Positions 1 through 9,500 of a stretch of 34,835 nucleotides of DNA are shown here, one piece after another. The translations under genes and the position numbers were made by a program. Below the pieces are notes generated by a model. It was given only the letters and a program-made list of their open reading frames with translations, ran no database searches and was not told the DNA's origin. This DNA comes from Myxococcota bacterium. Lineage in GTDB: Bacteria; Myxococcota_A; SURF-8; G963663525. Numbering within the stretch: position 1 is the stretch's first letter; each line of letters starts with the position of its first letter. Where the stretch lies: contig CAXXVK010000020.1 in the NCBI GenBank assembly GCA_963676915.2, forward strand, positions 1-34,835. Reading direction: 5' to 3'.

Positions 1-904
1 TCGTTCGAGCGCGATGGCCAAGGTGTTTTCGGCTATCGAAAAAGCGGCACGCGTCAAAGCCACGGTGTTGATTACCGGAGAAAGCGGCACGGGAAAGGAA
101 CTGGTCGCCCGTGCGATCCATTACCAAAGTCCGCGAGCTTCTCAGGCTTTCGTTCCCGTCAATTGCGGGGGAATTCCCGAAACGCTATTGGAGAGCGAAC
201 TGTTCGGCCACGTCAAGGGTGCGTTTACGGGAGCGAACGAGTCTCGCGCCGGATTCTTTCAGACGGCGGATAAAGGCACGATTTTCCTTGATGAAGTCAG
301 TGAAACCGGCACGGCGATGCAGGTCAAGTTACTGCGCGTGTTGCAGGAAAAAGAAGTTTGCATGGTCGGTTCGACCAAAAACCAGCCGGTGGACGTGCGA
401 ATCATCGCCGGAACCAACAAAACTTTGCCTAACTTGATACGAAGCGGTCATTTTCGCGAAGATTTGTACTACCGCCTCAATGTGATCGATATCAGCTTGC
501 CTCCTTTGCGAGAACGCGAGGGTGATGTCTTGTTACTGATTCGGCATTACAGCGAAAAATATGCTCAGGAAATGGGTCGCGACGTGCCGGAATATTCCGA
601 CCGTGCTTTGGAACTGCTCGGGAAATACTCCTGGCCCGGCAACGTCCGGGAGTTGGAAAATCTCGTGCAACGGCTCATGGCGATGATCGACGGAAACGTC
701 ATCGACGCCCCGGATTTACCGGAAACCATGCGCTTCAAAGGAATGCTGCACGCAACCCGCCTGGATCGAACTTTGGCCGAAGTGGAAACCGAGTACATCC
801 GGCGCGTGCTCGAACACGTTCGAGGCAACAAAACACGAGCGGCGGAGATTTTGGGGATTGATCGTAAAACCTTACGGGAGAAAATCAAGAAAGAATCGCG
901 CTAG
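1..904 (+). CDS. Sigma54-dependent transcriptional activator (NtrC/AtoC-type AAA+ plus Fis-type HTH), 5' part outside the window
   Basis: Walker [15 protein letters not shown] loop, Walker [18 protein letters not shown]-terminal [23 protein letters not shown]. The frame is open upstream of ATG 14 (..RSSAMAKV), so the gene is truncated by the window edge. Confidence 0.95.
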   Translation, partial: RSSAMAKVFSAIEKAARVKATVLITGESGTGKELVARAIHYQSPRASQAFVPVNCGGIPETLLESELFGHVKGAFTGANESRAGFFQTADKGTIFLDEVSETGTAMQVKLLRVLQEKEVCMVGSTKNQPVDVRIIAGTNKTLPNLIRSGHFREDLYYRLNVIDISLPPLREREGDVLLLIRHYSEKYAQEMGRDVPEYSDRALELLGKYSWPGNVRELENLVQRLMAMIDGNVIDAPDLPETMRFKGMLHATRLDRTLAEVETEYIRRVLEHVRGNKTRAAEILGIDRKTLREKIKKESR

Positions 905-972
905 TTAGCTCTTCTTCTCTTCGGATGCGAATTTTTTGCAGGAAAATCGAGCCAATTTTTAGACTGACAATC

Positions 973-1054
973 GAAGGTCGGGGATTTTATCCCCGTTCAC
1001 ACGTTTGTCTTCTCATTGCAAAACGTGTGGAGCAGGATACAATCCTGCTCCATC
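973..1054 (-). repeat. Composite REP/REPIN-like element, copy 1 (reverse orientation)
   Basis: Reverse complement reads GATGGAGCAGGAT-TGT-ATCCTGCTCCA, a spacer CACGTTTTGCAATGAGAAGACAAACGTG, then TGAACGGGGAT-AAA-ATCCCCGACCTTC. It aligns with the copies at 1206-1285 and 32741-32817. Confidence 0.85.
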
Positions 1055-1085
1055 GATAAGTATGAACTTTTTTGCAGAAAAAATT

Positions 1086-1150
1086 GTAGGCCTGGCTAAT
1101 TTTCAACCCGACACTTTGACATTGTCGGGCAAGAAATTTGCCCGACCTAC
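1086..1150. repeat. GTAG-type REP doublet (inverted pair)
   Basis: 9-bp hairpin GTCGGGCAA-gaaat-TTGCCCGAC (1124-1146) followed by CTAC (GTAG on the minus strand). A degenerate inverted partner GTAG-GCCTGGCTAATTTTCAACCCGACA starts at 1086. Confidence 0.6.
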
Positions 1151-1205
1151 GCAAGATCTTTTCGATACATGATAGTGCAGCAATAGTAACGTTTTTTACA
1201 ACTGA

Positions 1206-1285
1206 GATGGAGCAGGATTGTATCCTGCTCCTTTCGTTTGGCTTCGAGAAAAAACACGAGGACGGGGATGCAATCCCCTTCCATC
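1206..1285 (+). repeat. Composite REP/REPIN-like element, copy 2
   Basis: GATGGAGCAGGATTGTATCCTGCTCC, spacer TTTCGTTTGGCTTCGAGAAAAAACACGA, then GGACGGGGATGCAATCCCCTTCCATC. The termini GATGG...CCATC are inverted. Confidence 0.85.
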
Positions 1286-1322
1286 AAGGCAAAAAGCGCT
1301 TAACATTGAGACAAGCACCATC

Positions 1323-1351
1323 AAAAAAGCCGGGGAAATTCCCCGGCTTTT
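1323..1351 (-). terminator. Rho-independent terminator (possibly bidirectional) after the 431-aa gene
   Basis: AAAAAAGCCGGGGAAATTCCCCGGCTTTT: GC-rich hairpin with a U6 tail on the minus strand, 22 nt past the stop at 1374. Confidence 0.85.
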
Positions 1352-1373
1352 GCATCACTTCGTCATTTCGTTT

Positions 1374-2669
1374 TTACAATTCGAGTTGGTATCCTACGTA
1401 AAATTGCAACCCGCCGTGCTCCGCTCCACTGATCGCGGTCTGTGTACGACGCACGCCGTTGTCGAGCACTTCGCTTTCGTGGTCCACTCGCGAATAAGTG
1501 TAACGGGCCTTCACCAACGGTCCGCCGTGCCAGACATCGAACCGACATCCTGCCCAAAGTCCCATTGCAAACGACACTACGTCCGATTCGACGTATTTTC
1601 CATCGTACCGGCTATCGCTGGAAGCGATGGTGCGCAGCAGGGAATCGCTGGCAACACCCAGTCCCAAACCTGCCATGGGATGAATGAACCGTAAGGACTC
1701 CGGCAAAAGGGGTTTCAGCAAGGAATGAAAGTGGTGTTCATATTCCACGAGAACGATCAACGAGCTGAGATCGTCGTTGTATTCATAAGTTACTGTTCCT
1801 CCCACCTGGCGGGTCGTCAACTCGTAAGACCAGTAATCCAGGCCCACACCGACTCTCATGCTCTGTTCCAGCCAAGGCAACACATAATGCAGAGATTGTC
1901 CCATTGCAAGCATTGCCGCTGCACTGGTTCCCTGCTGGGGAGAAATCGCCAGATTCATTCCCAAACGAGGCTCGATCACCAAAAAGATATCTTCATCTTT
2001 CTGTTCCTCTGTAGTTGCTGCGACGGGAGCGGCTACCGGAGCAGGTTCCTCTTTCGGCGGCTCGACCTTTTCCGGTTCTGCTTTGGGAGGAGCGGGTTTG
2101 GTTGCCGGAGGTTGAGGACGCGCCGCAGGCACGGCGGCTACCACGGGAGGCGGCGGAGCAGCCGGAGCGGTTCTTGTAGCAGTAATGGCCAACGCGCCTC
2201 CCTGAGGCGTATCCGCACCAACCGTCACCACGAATTTGTGCAATCCTCCTTCCACGTCGAGTTCACTTTCGGTCGCGGAACTGGGGAAAAAGTCTCCGGT
2301 TTCAGCGTAAATCTGACCCAGCTTTTTGGGACCGTTTACCGGCATCGTATTGGCGGTTTCTCCGTTCATCGAAAACGTAAACGACGCCTGCCGATTGAGA
2401 TTGTCCGGGTCGTTGGGCAGACGATTGACGAACATCTTCAGCGTGACTTTCGCCGGTCCTTCCAGGCTGAATTCCAAGGGAGCCTCGGGAGTTACGGCAT
2501 AGGTCGAGGTTCGGGTGATGTCGTAAACCACCGTCAAGGTACGGCTGGAACTGTTGACCGTAAACGGTGCGGGGCTGCCTACCTGGCTCCAGGCATGACC
2601 TGCGAGCAGAAGCATTCCCAAGCACACCACCAGACATCCACCGTAACGGACTGCATTGTGTTTGACCAT
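1374..2669 (-). CDS. Secreted hypothetical protein: N-terminal beta-rich domain, Pro/Ala/Glu linker, C-terminal outer-membrane beta-barrel
   Basis: Signal peptide ending AGHAWS, Pro-rich linker (PAAPPPPVVAAVPAARPQPP), alternating hydrophobic strands, and C-terminal strand GLQFYVGYQLEL. AGGAG RBS lies upstream. Confidence 0.75.
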   Translation of the reverse strand: MVKHNAVRYGGCLVVCLGMLLLAGHAWSQVGSPAPFTVNSSSRTLTVVYDITRTSTYAVTPEAPLEFSLEGPAKVTLKMFVNRLPNDPDNLNRQASFTFSMNGETANTMPVNGPKKLGQIYAETGDFFPSSATESELDVEGGLHKFVVTVGADTPQGGALAITATRTAPAAPPPPVVAAVPAARPQPPATKPAPPKAEPEKVEPPKEEPAPVAAPVAATTEEQKDEDIFLVIEPRLGMNLAISPQQGTSAAAMLAMGQSLHYVLPWLEQSMRVGVGLDYWSYELTTRQVGGTVTYEYNDDLSSLIVLVEYEHHFHSLLKPLLPESLRFIHPMAGLGLGVASDSLLRTIASSDSRYDGKYVESDVVSFAMGLWAGCRFDVWHGGPLVKARYTYSRVDHESEVLDNGVRRTQTAISGAEHGGLQFYVGYQLEL

Positions 2670-2706
2670 GGCAGAGACTCCTCATTCGTTGGAACAATAT
2701 CTTTCC

Positions 2707-2734
2707 AATCTAGCCTGCAGCCCGAAAAGGTCAA
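2707..2734 (-). promoter_or_regulatory. Putative sigma70 promoter for the 431-aa gene
   Basis: Minus strand TTGACC-16 nt-TAGATT, about 40 nt upstream of ATG 2669. Confidence 0.4.
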
Positions 2735-2964
2735 GAAATTAAGACGTTAGAGAACAGGGAAATACAAAGAAGAGCGAATTTTCCATTTCGTGACACCTTT
2801 GGGCCATCTCAACAACGCTAGAATTCAATTACCTTCGACAAAGCACCAAGAAAACGGAGAATTTAACCGATAAATAAAAATAGTGTAGTCGTTACCAGTG
2901 TATTATGAGATGAATATAAACATCATTCAAAGAACACTGCACCAATCCGAAATGAGTTGTAAAT

Positions 2965-5232
2965 ATGCGTACATGGACAATCCCAGCAACCCTCTCCGTA
3001 TGGATAATGTGCCTGTTGGTGGCTTCATGCTCAGAAACCGGAGTTTCGGGATTTTACGACGGCGATCTCGATAAAGAGTCCGAAACGGACGTCGAGTTTG
3101 AAGCGGACGACTTCGACACAACCCGCACGGACGATGATATCGAACCCAACAGCGTGGAAAATGACACGGATGAAATTGATTTCGATAAAGCGGAAGAGAC
3201 GGAATCCGATACGAGGGATAACGATATCGAGGAAAAAACGGAAGAAAACGATATTGAAATTGAAGTCGATAAAGATATTGATATCGACGCCATAGACAAC
3301 GACAGCAAAGAAGAAGATTCCGACAGTGAAGAGATTTCGAGGCAATGGGAATCGATCCACCCACCTTCACGTCTTAATGGCGATTTTTTAGCCGCCATCA
3401 TTCCATCGGATAGCGAGCATTGGTTAGCATTTGGAGAGAGCATTGCAACATCGAGTAATCAGGGGACAAACTGGCAGTCAGTGGTAAACAACTCGCTCCC
3501 TCGGCAGGTAAACCAATATTACGACTACTACGATATCGAATTTGCATCCGTCGATACGGCTTTCTTCGCCGCGAAAAATGAGCTATTCAAGACTACGAAT
3601 GCAGGAATCTCCTGGCAACTCGTGCTGGAAGTGGAACAGAGTCACCCATCGTATATCGACAGCTCCACCATCTATGCCTTGGACTTCCCAAACCCACAGG
3701 TCGGTTATCTGGTTGGCGGTTTCGATAAAATCTTCAAGACCATTAACGGGGGAGACACCTGGACCACACTGCGCTGGAACGATTCTACCCAACCGTATCG
3801 AAGATATTCGGACGTCGTATTTCTCGATGAACAAACAGGTTTTGTTACAGGATACCAAGTCCATAATATCTCGATGAATTTCGGATTCGAGCACTTCATC
3901 ATGATCACCACCGACGGAGGCGAAAACTGGGAAAGCCACATCATCGAAACAACGGGAGATTACAAAGGCTTGGAATTGCAGGTCATCGACACACAAACCC
4001 TGTTTGTCAGGCTACACAATACTCAGTCGTCGGAAAAAGTTGTCTGTAGTTTAGATGGAGGCCGAAACTGGTCGGAATACTCGGCAGAATCGAATTTGGA
4101 AGATGTGGAAAGCATGTACTGGTTCGATGGAGAACAGGGGTTGATTTTCGGGAAAGACTCGCCAACCCGAACGAATCACTTGCTTCGAACCACCGACCGG
4201 GGACAGAACTGGACCGCAATCCCGTTACCATTCAATGGTCCGTTGACTGATCACAGCATCATGGATATGGCATTTATCGACGCCCAAAGCGGATTTGCCG
4301 TCGGCCAGGGAGGAGCGATTTTTACCACCTCGGACGGTGGGTTGCACTGGGGTCTGGCCAATCAGGGTCATCCCGAATTCTATTCGATCGGTTTCGACAC
4401 AAACGAGCGTGGTTTTCTCAGCACCGGAACCGGTTATTACCGTAGCAACGATGGTGGCTTCAACTGGGACTACGCCACCGGCAGCGAATCAATTTATGTA
4501 TTCAACATGAGCGTCGGTCCTCAAGGCGTGTACCTTGGTGGCATACAAAACCATATTACTCGCATCGATCCCGATACCGAAATCGCGACGAGGATCATGT
4601 TGCCGATTTCTTTTTTCTATATGTATTACATGGATCAATCATCCGATGCCCTTTTTCTCGCCGGTACCGTTTCTTCTCCTTATCGACACAATGCCTTCCT
4701 GATTTCTACCGACCAGGGAGAAAATTTCGATGTTCACGAAATCGACACGGAAGGAAATGGCTTGATTGGCATCGAATACCGATCCGGCGTCTTTTTCGCA
4801 ACGACAACCAGCGAGTTGCTGGTTTCGTTGGATGGAGGAGAAAACTGGGATTTACAATACTCTTTCAGCCCGGATATCGTAAGGCATACTGAATTTTTCG
4901 ATACCAGGACGGGTATTGCAACACTCGTGGACGGTCAAATTCTTAAAACGGAAGATCAAGGTATTTCATGGGTCGTTATCGACGCTGAATTGCCTGATAT
5001 CAATGGACTTTTTACCGCAGACAATCAGACGATGTTTGCCTTTGGACAAAGAAAAAACGACTACGGCTATATAGGAACCATCTGGAAAACAGAAGACCGA
5101 GGGTCGTCCTGGGAACAAGATCCGTTGCCCGTTCTCATCGAAAGTTCATTGAAATCAATGACTGCCAACGAAAACTATCTTTATACAACCGGAGGAAACG
5201 GAGAAATTCTCCGATTGCGAAAACCTCTGTAA
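2965..5232 (+). CDS. Lipoprotein with BNR/Asp-box repeats (YCF48/VPS10/sialidase-like beta-propellers) and an acidic N-terminal stalk
   Basis: Lipobox LVAS-C22, ~100-aa D/E-rich segment, and 12 S/T-x-(D/N)-x-G-x-x-W/F motifs (e.g. TINGGDTW, TTDGGENW, SNDGGFNW, TEDRGSSW). Confidence 0.85.
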   Translation: MRTWTIPATLSVWIMCLLVASCSETGVSGFYDGDLDKESETDVEFEADDFDTTRTDDDIEPNSVENDTDEIDFDKAEETESDTRDNDIEEKTEENDIEIEVDKDIDIDAIDNDSKEEDSDSEEISRQWESIHPPSRLNGDFLAAIIPSDSEHWLAFGESIATSSNQGTNWQSVVNNSLPRQVNQYYDYYDIEFASVDTAFFAAKNELFKTTNAGISWQLVLEVEQSHPSYIDSSTIYALDFPNPQVGYLVGGFDKIFKTINGGDTWTTLRWNDSTQPYRRYSDVVFLDEQTGFVTGYQVHNISMNFGFEHFIMITTDGGENWESHIIETTGDYKGLELQVIDTQTLFVRLHNTQSSEKVVCSLDGGRNWSEYSAESNLEDVESMYWFDGEQGLIFGKDSPTRTNHLLRTTDRGQNWTAIPLPFNGPLTDHSIMDMAFIDAQSGFAVGQGGAIFTTSDGGLHWGLANQGHPEFYSIGFDTNERGFLSTGTGYYRSNDGGFNWDYATGSESIYVFNMSVGPQGVYLGGIQNHITRIDPDTEIATRIMLPISFFYMYYMDQSSDALFLAGTVSSPYRHNAFLISTDQGENFDVHEIDTEGNGLIGIEYRSGVFFATTTSELLVSLDGGENWDLQYSFSPDIVRHTEFFDTRTGIATLVDGQILKTEDQGISWVVIDAELPDINGLFTADNQTMFAFGQRKNDYGYIGTIWKTEDRGSSWEQDPLPVLIESSLKSMTANENYLYTTGGNGEILRLRKPL

Positions 5233-5259
5233 ATCCGGGCCAGACTCGAATCCTTCGAA

Positions 5260-6582
5260 TCAAAACAGTGCATCCACGAATTCCTGAGGATCGAAGCGCC
5301 GTAAATCCTCCAACGCCTCGCCAATTCCGATGAAGTGAATCGGTATCCGTAACTCGTCGGTAATTCCCAAAATCACGCCGCCTTTGGCCGTACCGTCCAG
5401 TTTGGTAACGATCAACCCCGTCAAACCCAGTTCTTCGTTGAACTTTCGAGCCTGATTGATGGCGTTTTGACCGGTGTTGGCATCGATCACCAACCAGATT
5501 TCGTCCGGGTCGCGCTCCAATGCTTTGCCGCAAACCCGCTGGATTTTCTTCAATTCCGCCATCAGGTTGTACTTGGTATGCAAACGTCCTGCCGTGTCGG
5601 CGATCATCAGCCCTGCCTTGCGGGAACGAGCCGCCTGCACGCCGTTGTAAACCACGCTCGACGGATCGGCGCCTTCCTGTGCGGAAATCACCTCCACATC
5701 GGCCCTCTTCCCCCATATTCCCAACTGTTCTACGGCTGCCGCCCGGAACGTATCTCCCGCAGCCAGAACCACTTTGTGTCCTAGGTCGGCGTATTTATGC
5801 GCCAGCTTACCGATGGTCGTGGTTTTTCCGACTCCGTTGACACCAACGACGAGAATCACCTGGGGTTTGGGTTTGTCTTCGTCGAGCCTCCAGCCGCCTC
5901 GCGCCGGTTCGAGAAGCGTCAGGATTTCTTCTTTAAGCAAATCCATGACTTTCCCCGGATCGGACAGTTCCTTGGATTTCGCCCGCTCTGTAACAGCACG
6001 AAACAGTTTTTGGGAGGTCGTCGCTCCGATATCCGCCGTATATAGGATTTCCTCAAGCTCTTCGAAAAGGTCGTCATCGATCTTCTTGGCCCCGAAAATC
6101 GCCTGTCCCAAGCGGGAAATGAAACCTTTTTTGGTTTTGCTCAATCCTTCGGACAGGCTTTTCGGCTTCGGCTTGGGTTCTTCTTCCGGCTCTGGTTCTG
6201 GCTCAGGTTCTGGCTCCGGTTCGGGTTCAGGCTCTTCGACCTCCTCTTCGACTTCGGGGAGTTCTACCGCAACGGGAGCAGGTTCCTCCTCGATTTCGGA
6301 CAGTTCTTCGTCCACGAAACCAGGATCGCTGTCCCGCACCTTTCGTTCGACGGCAGACTCTTCCTCGCGCTCATCCGATGCGAAGGCCGGTTCGTCTTCC
6401 ATCGTGCGCTGCATCGCTTTTCGACGTTTTCGACGCAACAACAGCGTCAAGAGCAAAATCAATGTAAATCCGGCGGCAACCAGTCCATACGGCCCGTTCA
6501 ATGCCTCCAGGTATTGCGAAACAAACCCTTCCAGGTCAAAATTTTCCAAGCCGAGTTCCGCTAGCAACGCATCCAAATCCAT
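5260..6582 (-). CDS. ftsY: Signal recognition particle receptor FtsY
   Basis: GVNGVGKTTTIGKLA, DTFRAAA, DTAGR, TKLDGTAKGG and GIGE motifs. Has an acidic A-domain and directly follows smc. Confidence 0.97.
   Translation of the reverse strand: MDLDALLAELGLENFDLEGFVSQYLEALNGPYGLVAAGFTLILLLTLLLRRKRRKAMQRTMEDEPAFASDEREEESAVERKVRDSDPGFVDEELSEIEEEPAPVAVELPEVEEEVEEPEPEPEPEPEPEPEPEEEPKPKPKSLSEGLSKTKKGFISRLGQAIFGAKKIDDDLFEELEEILYTADIGATTSQKLFRAVTERAKSKELSDPGKVMDLLKEEILTLLEPARGGWRLDEDKPKPQVILVVGVNGVGKTTTIGKLAHKYADLGHKVVLAAGDTFRAAAVEQLGIWGKRADVEVISAQEGADPSSVVYNGVQAARSRKAGLMIADTAGRLHTKYNLMAELKKIQRVCGKALERDPDEIWLVIDANTGQNAINQARKFNEELGLTGLIVTKLDGTAKGGVILGITDELRIPIHFIGIGEALEDLRRFDPQEFVDALF
6187..6234 (-). 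repeat. (Glu-Pro)x8 dipeptide repeat inside ftsY
   Basis: Eight 6-bp units with varied synonymous codons, followed by EEEPKPKPK. Confidence 0.9.
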
Positions 6583-6593
6583 AGGCTTTTTCC

Positions 6594-9500
6594 TCAGTTG
6601 AGATCGACGGAAACGATTTTGCTGATACCGGGTTCTTCCATGGTCACGCCGTAGAGCGTGTTGGTGATTTCCATCGTTTTCCGGTTATGAGTAATCAAAA
6701 TGAACTGACTCACTTTGCTGATTTGCTTCACAGTCTGGATGAACCGCCCGATGTTGACGTCATCCAACGGCGCATCCACTTCGTCCAACAAACAGAACGG
6801 TGTCGGACGATACAAGAAAATCGCGAAAATCAGACTCATCGCGGTCAGAGCTTTTTCCCCACCAGACAGCAGGCTCACGCTTTGCAGTTTTTTTCCGGGA
6901 GGCTGCACTTCGATTTCCACACCGGTTTCCAACAGATTTTCCGGTTCGATGAGGCGCAATTGAGCGTGACCGCCTTCGAACATTCGTGGAAACAGTTCGG
7001 AGAACTTCCGGTTGACGGCCTCGAAGGTTTCACGAAACCGCTTGCGTGTGGTTCTATTGATTTTTTCGATGGCTTTTTCAAGCGCCGTCATGGAACGCAA
7101 CAGGTCTTCGCGCTGTGCGCTCAAAAACTCGTGACGCTCGGAAAGCTCTTCGTAATCTTTGATGGCCTGAAGGTTTACCGAACCGATTTTCTCCAACTTA
7201 TCCCTCAGATCGATCCGTTCGGCTTCCTCTTCCTCGTTCAGAGGTTCTTCCCGCCGATGTTCTTCCCAGCATTCGGCAAGATTCAGGCCATAGCGATCCT
7301 CGATCAACCGAACCAGGGATTCCCGCTCGCCCTCGTCGCGCACGGCCCGAACTTCGGCGTTCTGCACTTGTTCCTGAAGTCCTTCCAGCACTTTTCGCGC
7401 TTTTTTGACCTCTTCGCCAAGAGCTTCCATCGTGGCTTTCTTTTGCAGAAATTCTTCCCGTATCCGTGTAGCAACCGTATCCACCCGAGAACGTTTCTCG
7501 ACCAGCTCGCCGGATGTCTTGTGGCTTTGTTTCGTTTTTTCTTCCAGTTCTTTCCGGCGTCGCTCGTCTCGCGTCACTTCTTCACGGGTACGCTCGACGG
7601 AGCGCTGCATTTCCTGCTCTCGCTGGCGTAACTGACTGAAATGATTATTCAATCCTCGCTGTTGCTCGACGATCTGGGCGTATTCCACGTCCACCGCCCG
7701 CAACGTTTCGCTCAAGGCGTTTCGTTTGTCAGCCACCTCCAAAAGAATATCCTGGCTTTCCTGAAGCTTCTTTTGCAATGTGGCTTGTGCCTCGCGGTCT
7801 TCCTTGATCGTGCTTTCGATGGCTTCCGCCTGCTTGCGCCAGGACTCCATTTTTTCGTCTTGTTCCGCACGCTCTTTTTCGAGTCGATTGCGGCGATTGT
7901 CTTCGCGGGCGAGATCCGCATCCAGTCGATGAAGATCCTTGTTCAACCCTAAAATCGCGATTTCGACCTGACGGCGGTCGCTTCGTATACGTTCCAGTTC
8001 TTTTCGTACCTGTTCGAAGCGGTTTTGGAAATCGTTTCGACGGCTTTGCTGTTCTTCGATGGTTTTGTCCCACCCAACAAGCTTTTCCTCCAACTCGCCC
8101 ATTTCTCTTTTTCGAGCCAACAACAACGTGCTTTGGGCTTCGGAACTACCGCCGGTCAGGCTTCCCTGACGGTCGATGACTTCCCCTTCCAACGTAACCA
8201 ATACGCATTTTCCAGGGTTCTCCAACCAATATCGGGAAGCATCTTCGAGATTCTCCGCCACGAAGACATCCGACAGCAGCGAAGATACATAGTTTCGCAC
8301 ATCGTCCCGAACCTGGACGTGGTCAAACAAACGAGGCAACGAGTTCTCGACCGAAGACAGCGCCTCGGGAGTCAATCCGGCAGGGATAAAGCTTGTCCGT
8401 CCGTAGTCTTTCGAACGAAGGATCTGCACGGCTTTGACCGACGCCTGCATATCCCGAGTGACAGGCCATTGCACGCGATCTGTAAGCACTGCCGCAAGCG
8501 CCGCTTCGTAATCGGGATCGGCTTCGATAGCATCCGCCAACGTCCCCAGCAATTCGCCTTCGTCGAAGATTTCGGCGCTTTTCGTCATGACAGTACGCAC
8601 ACCCTTGGCAAAGCCTTCCAGGTTGCGTTCCAACTCGGCTAGGGATTCCAGACGAGAAGCCGTTTTCATGCGCTTGCTGCGCGATTCGTTCAATTCTCTC
8701 GATGCCTCAGCGCTTTGCTGCCGCAATGCGTTCAGACGCTCGTCCTGCTCTTTCGTTTGTCGCTGAAGCGTCGCCTCTCGGTCTTTCAATTCCTGCAATT
8801 TTGCGACGAATTCGATCTTCTCACTTTCAAGACGAGCATATTCCTTCTCAGCCATCGCCTTTTGCACGGAATTCTGGCTGATGCGGTCTTTTGTATCCGA
8901 AATTCGCTGATACAGGAAACGGATTTCCCCCTGCTTGGAGTCGATCCGGCTGGCGAGTTTGTAATGAGCAGACTTTCGCTCGTCCACGTCTTTTTGTGCG
9001 GCGCGATAGTCCGCCTCGGCTTCATCGAACTGCTTGCGGTGGGTTTCGAGATCTTTTTTCTTTTCCTCGATCTTTTCCAGAAGCTGTTCTTTGTTTTCCC
9101 TGGATTTCACGATTTCAGCGGCGAGTTCGCCTTTTTGCTGTTCCAGTTCCTCAGCGGTGGAGGCCAGCTCGGTCTTGCGCGTCCGAATTCTTTCATCTTC
9201 TTCGCTGTAGGCTTTTCGGTTGTTTTCCTCCAGAGATATCAGTCGTTCCAACTCGTGGATTTCTTCGCTTAAATCCTTCAGCCGCGCCTCGTGGGTATCC
9301 TGCTCGATACGAACCGTCTCCAGCTTCGTTTCCATCGTATCCAGCCCGGTGCGACTTGTGGCGCGATCCTGGAGTAACGTCCCCAACTCTTTGCGCTTTG
9401 TGGAAATATCGCCGTTGAGACGATCGAATTCAAACGAGGCCGCCGCCAGTTCGAGTTCCTTCAAATGTTTTTTGATAACTCGATACCGTTCGGCTTTTTT

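Noticed and set aside
1138-1694. Short ORFs over the left repeat region (87 aa, 158 aa) and the 98-aa ORF at 32771
   Set aside because: Their shared peptide (GRGCNP) comes from translating REP hairpin B. They run across a terminator or into the antisense strand of real genes.
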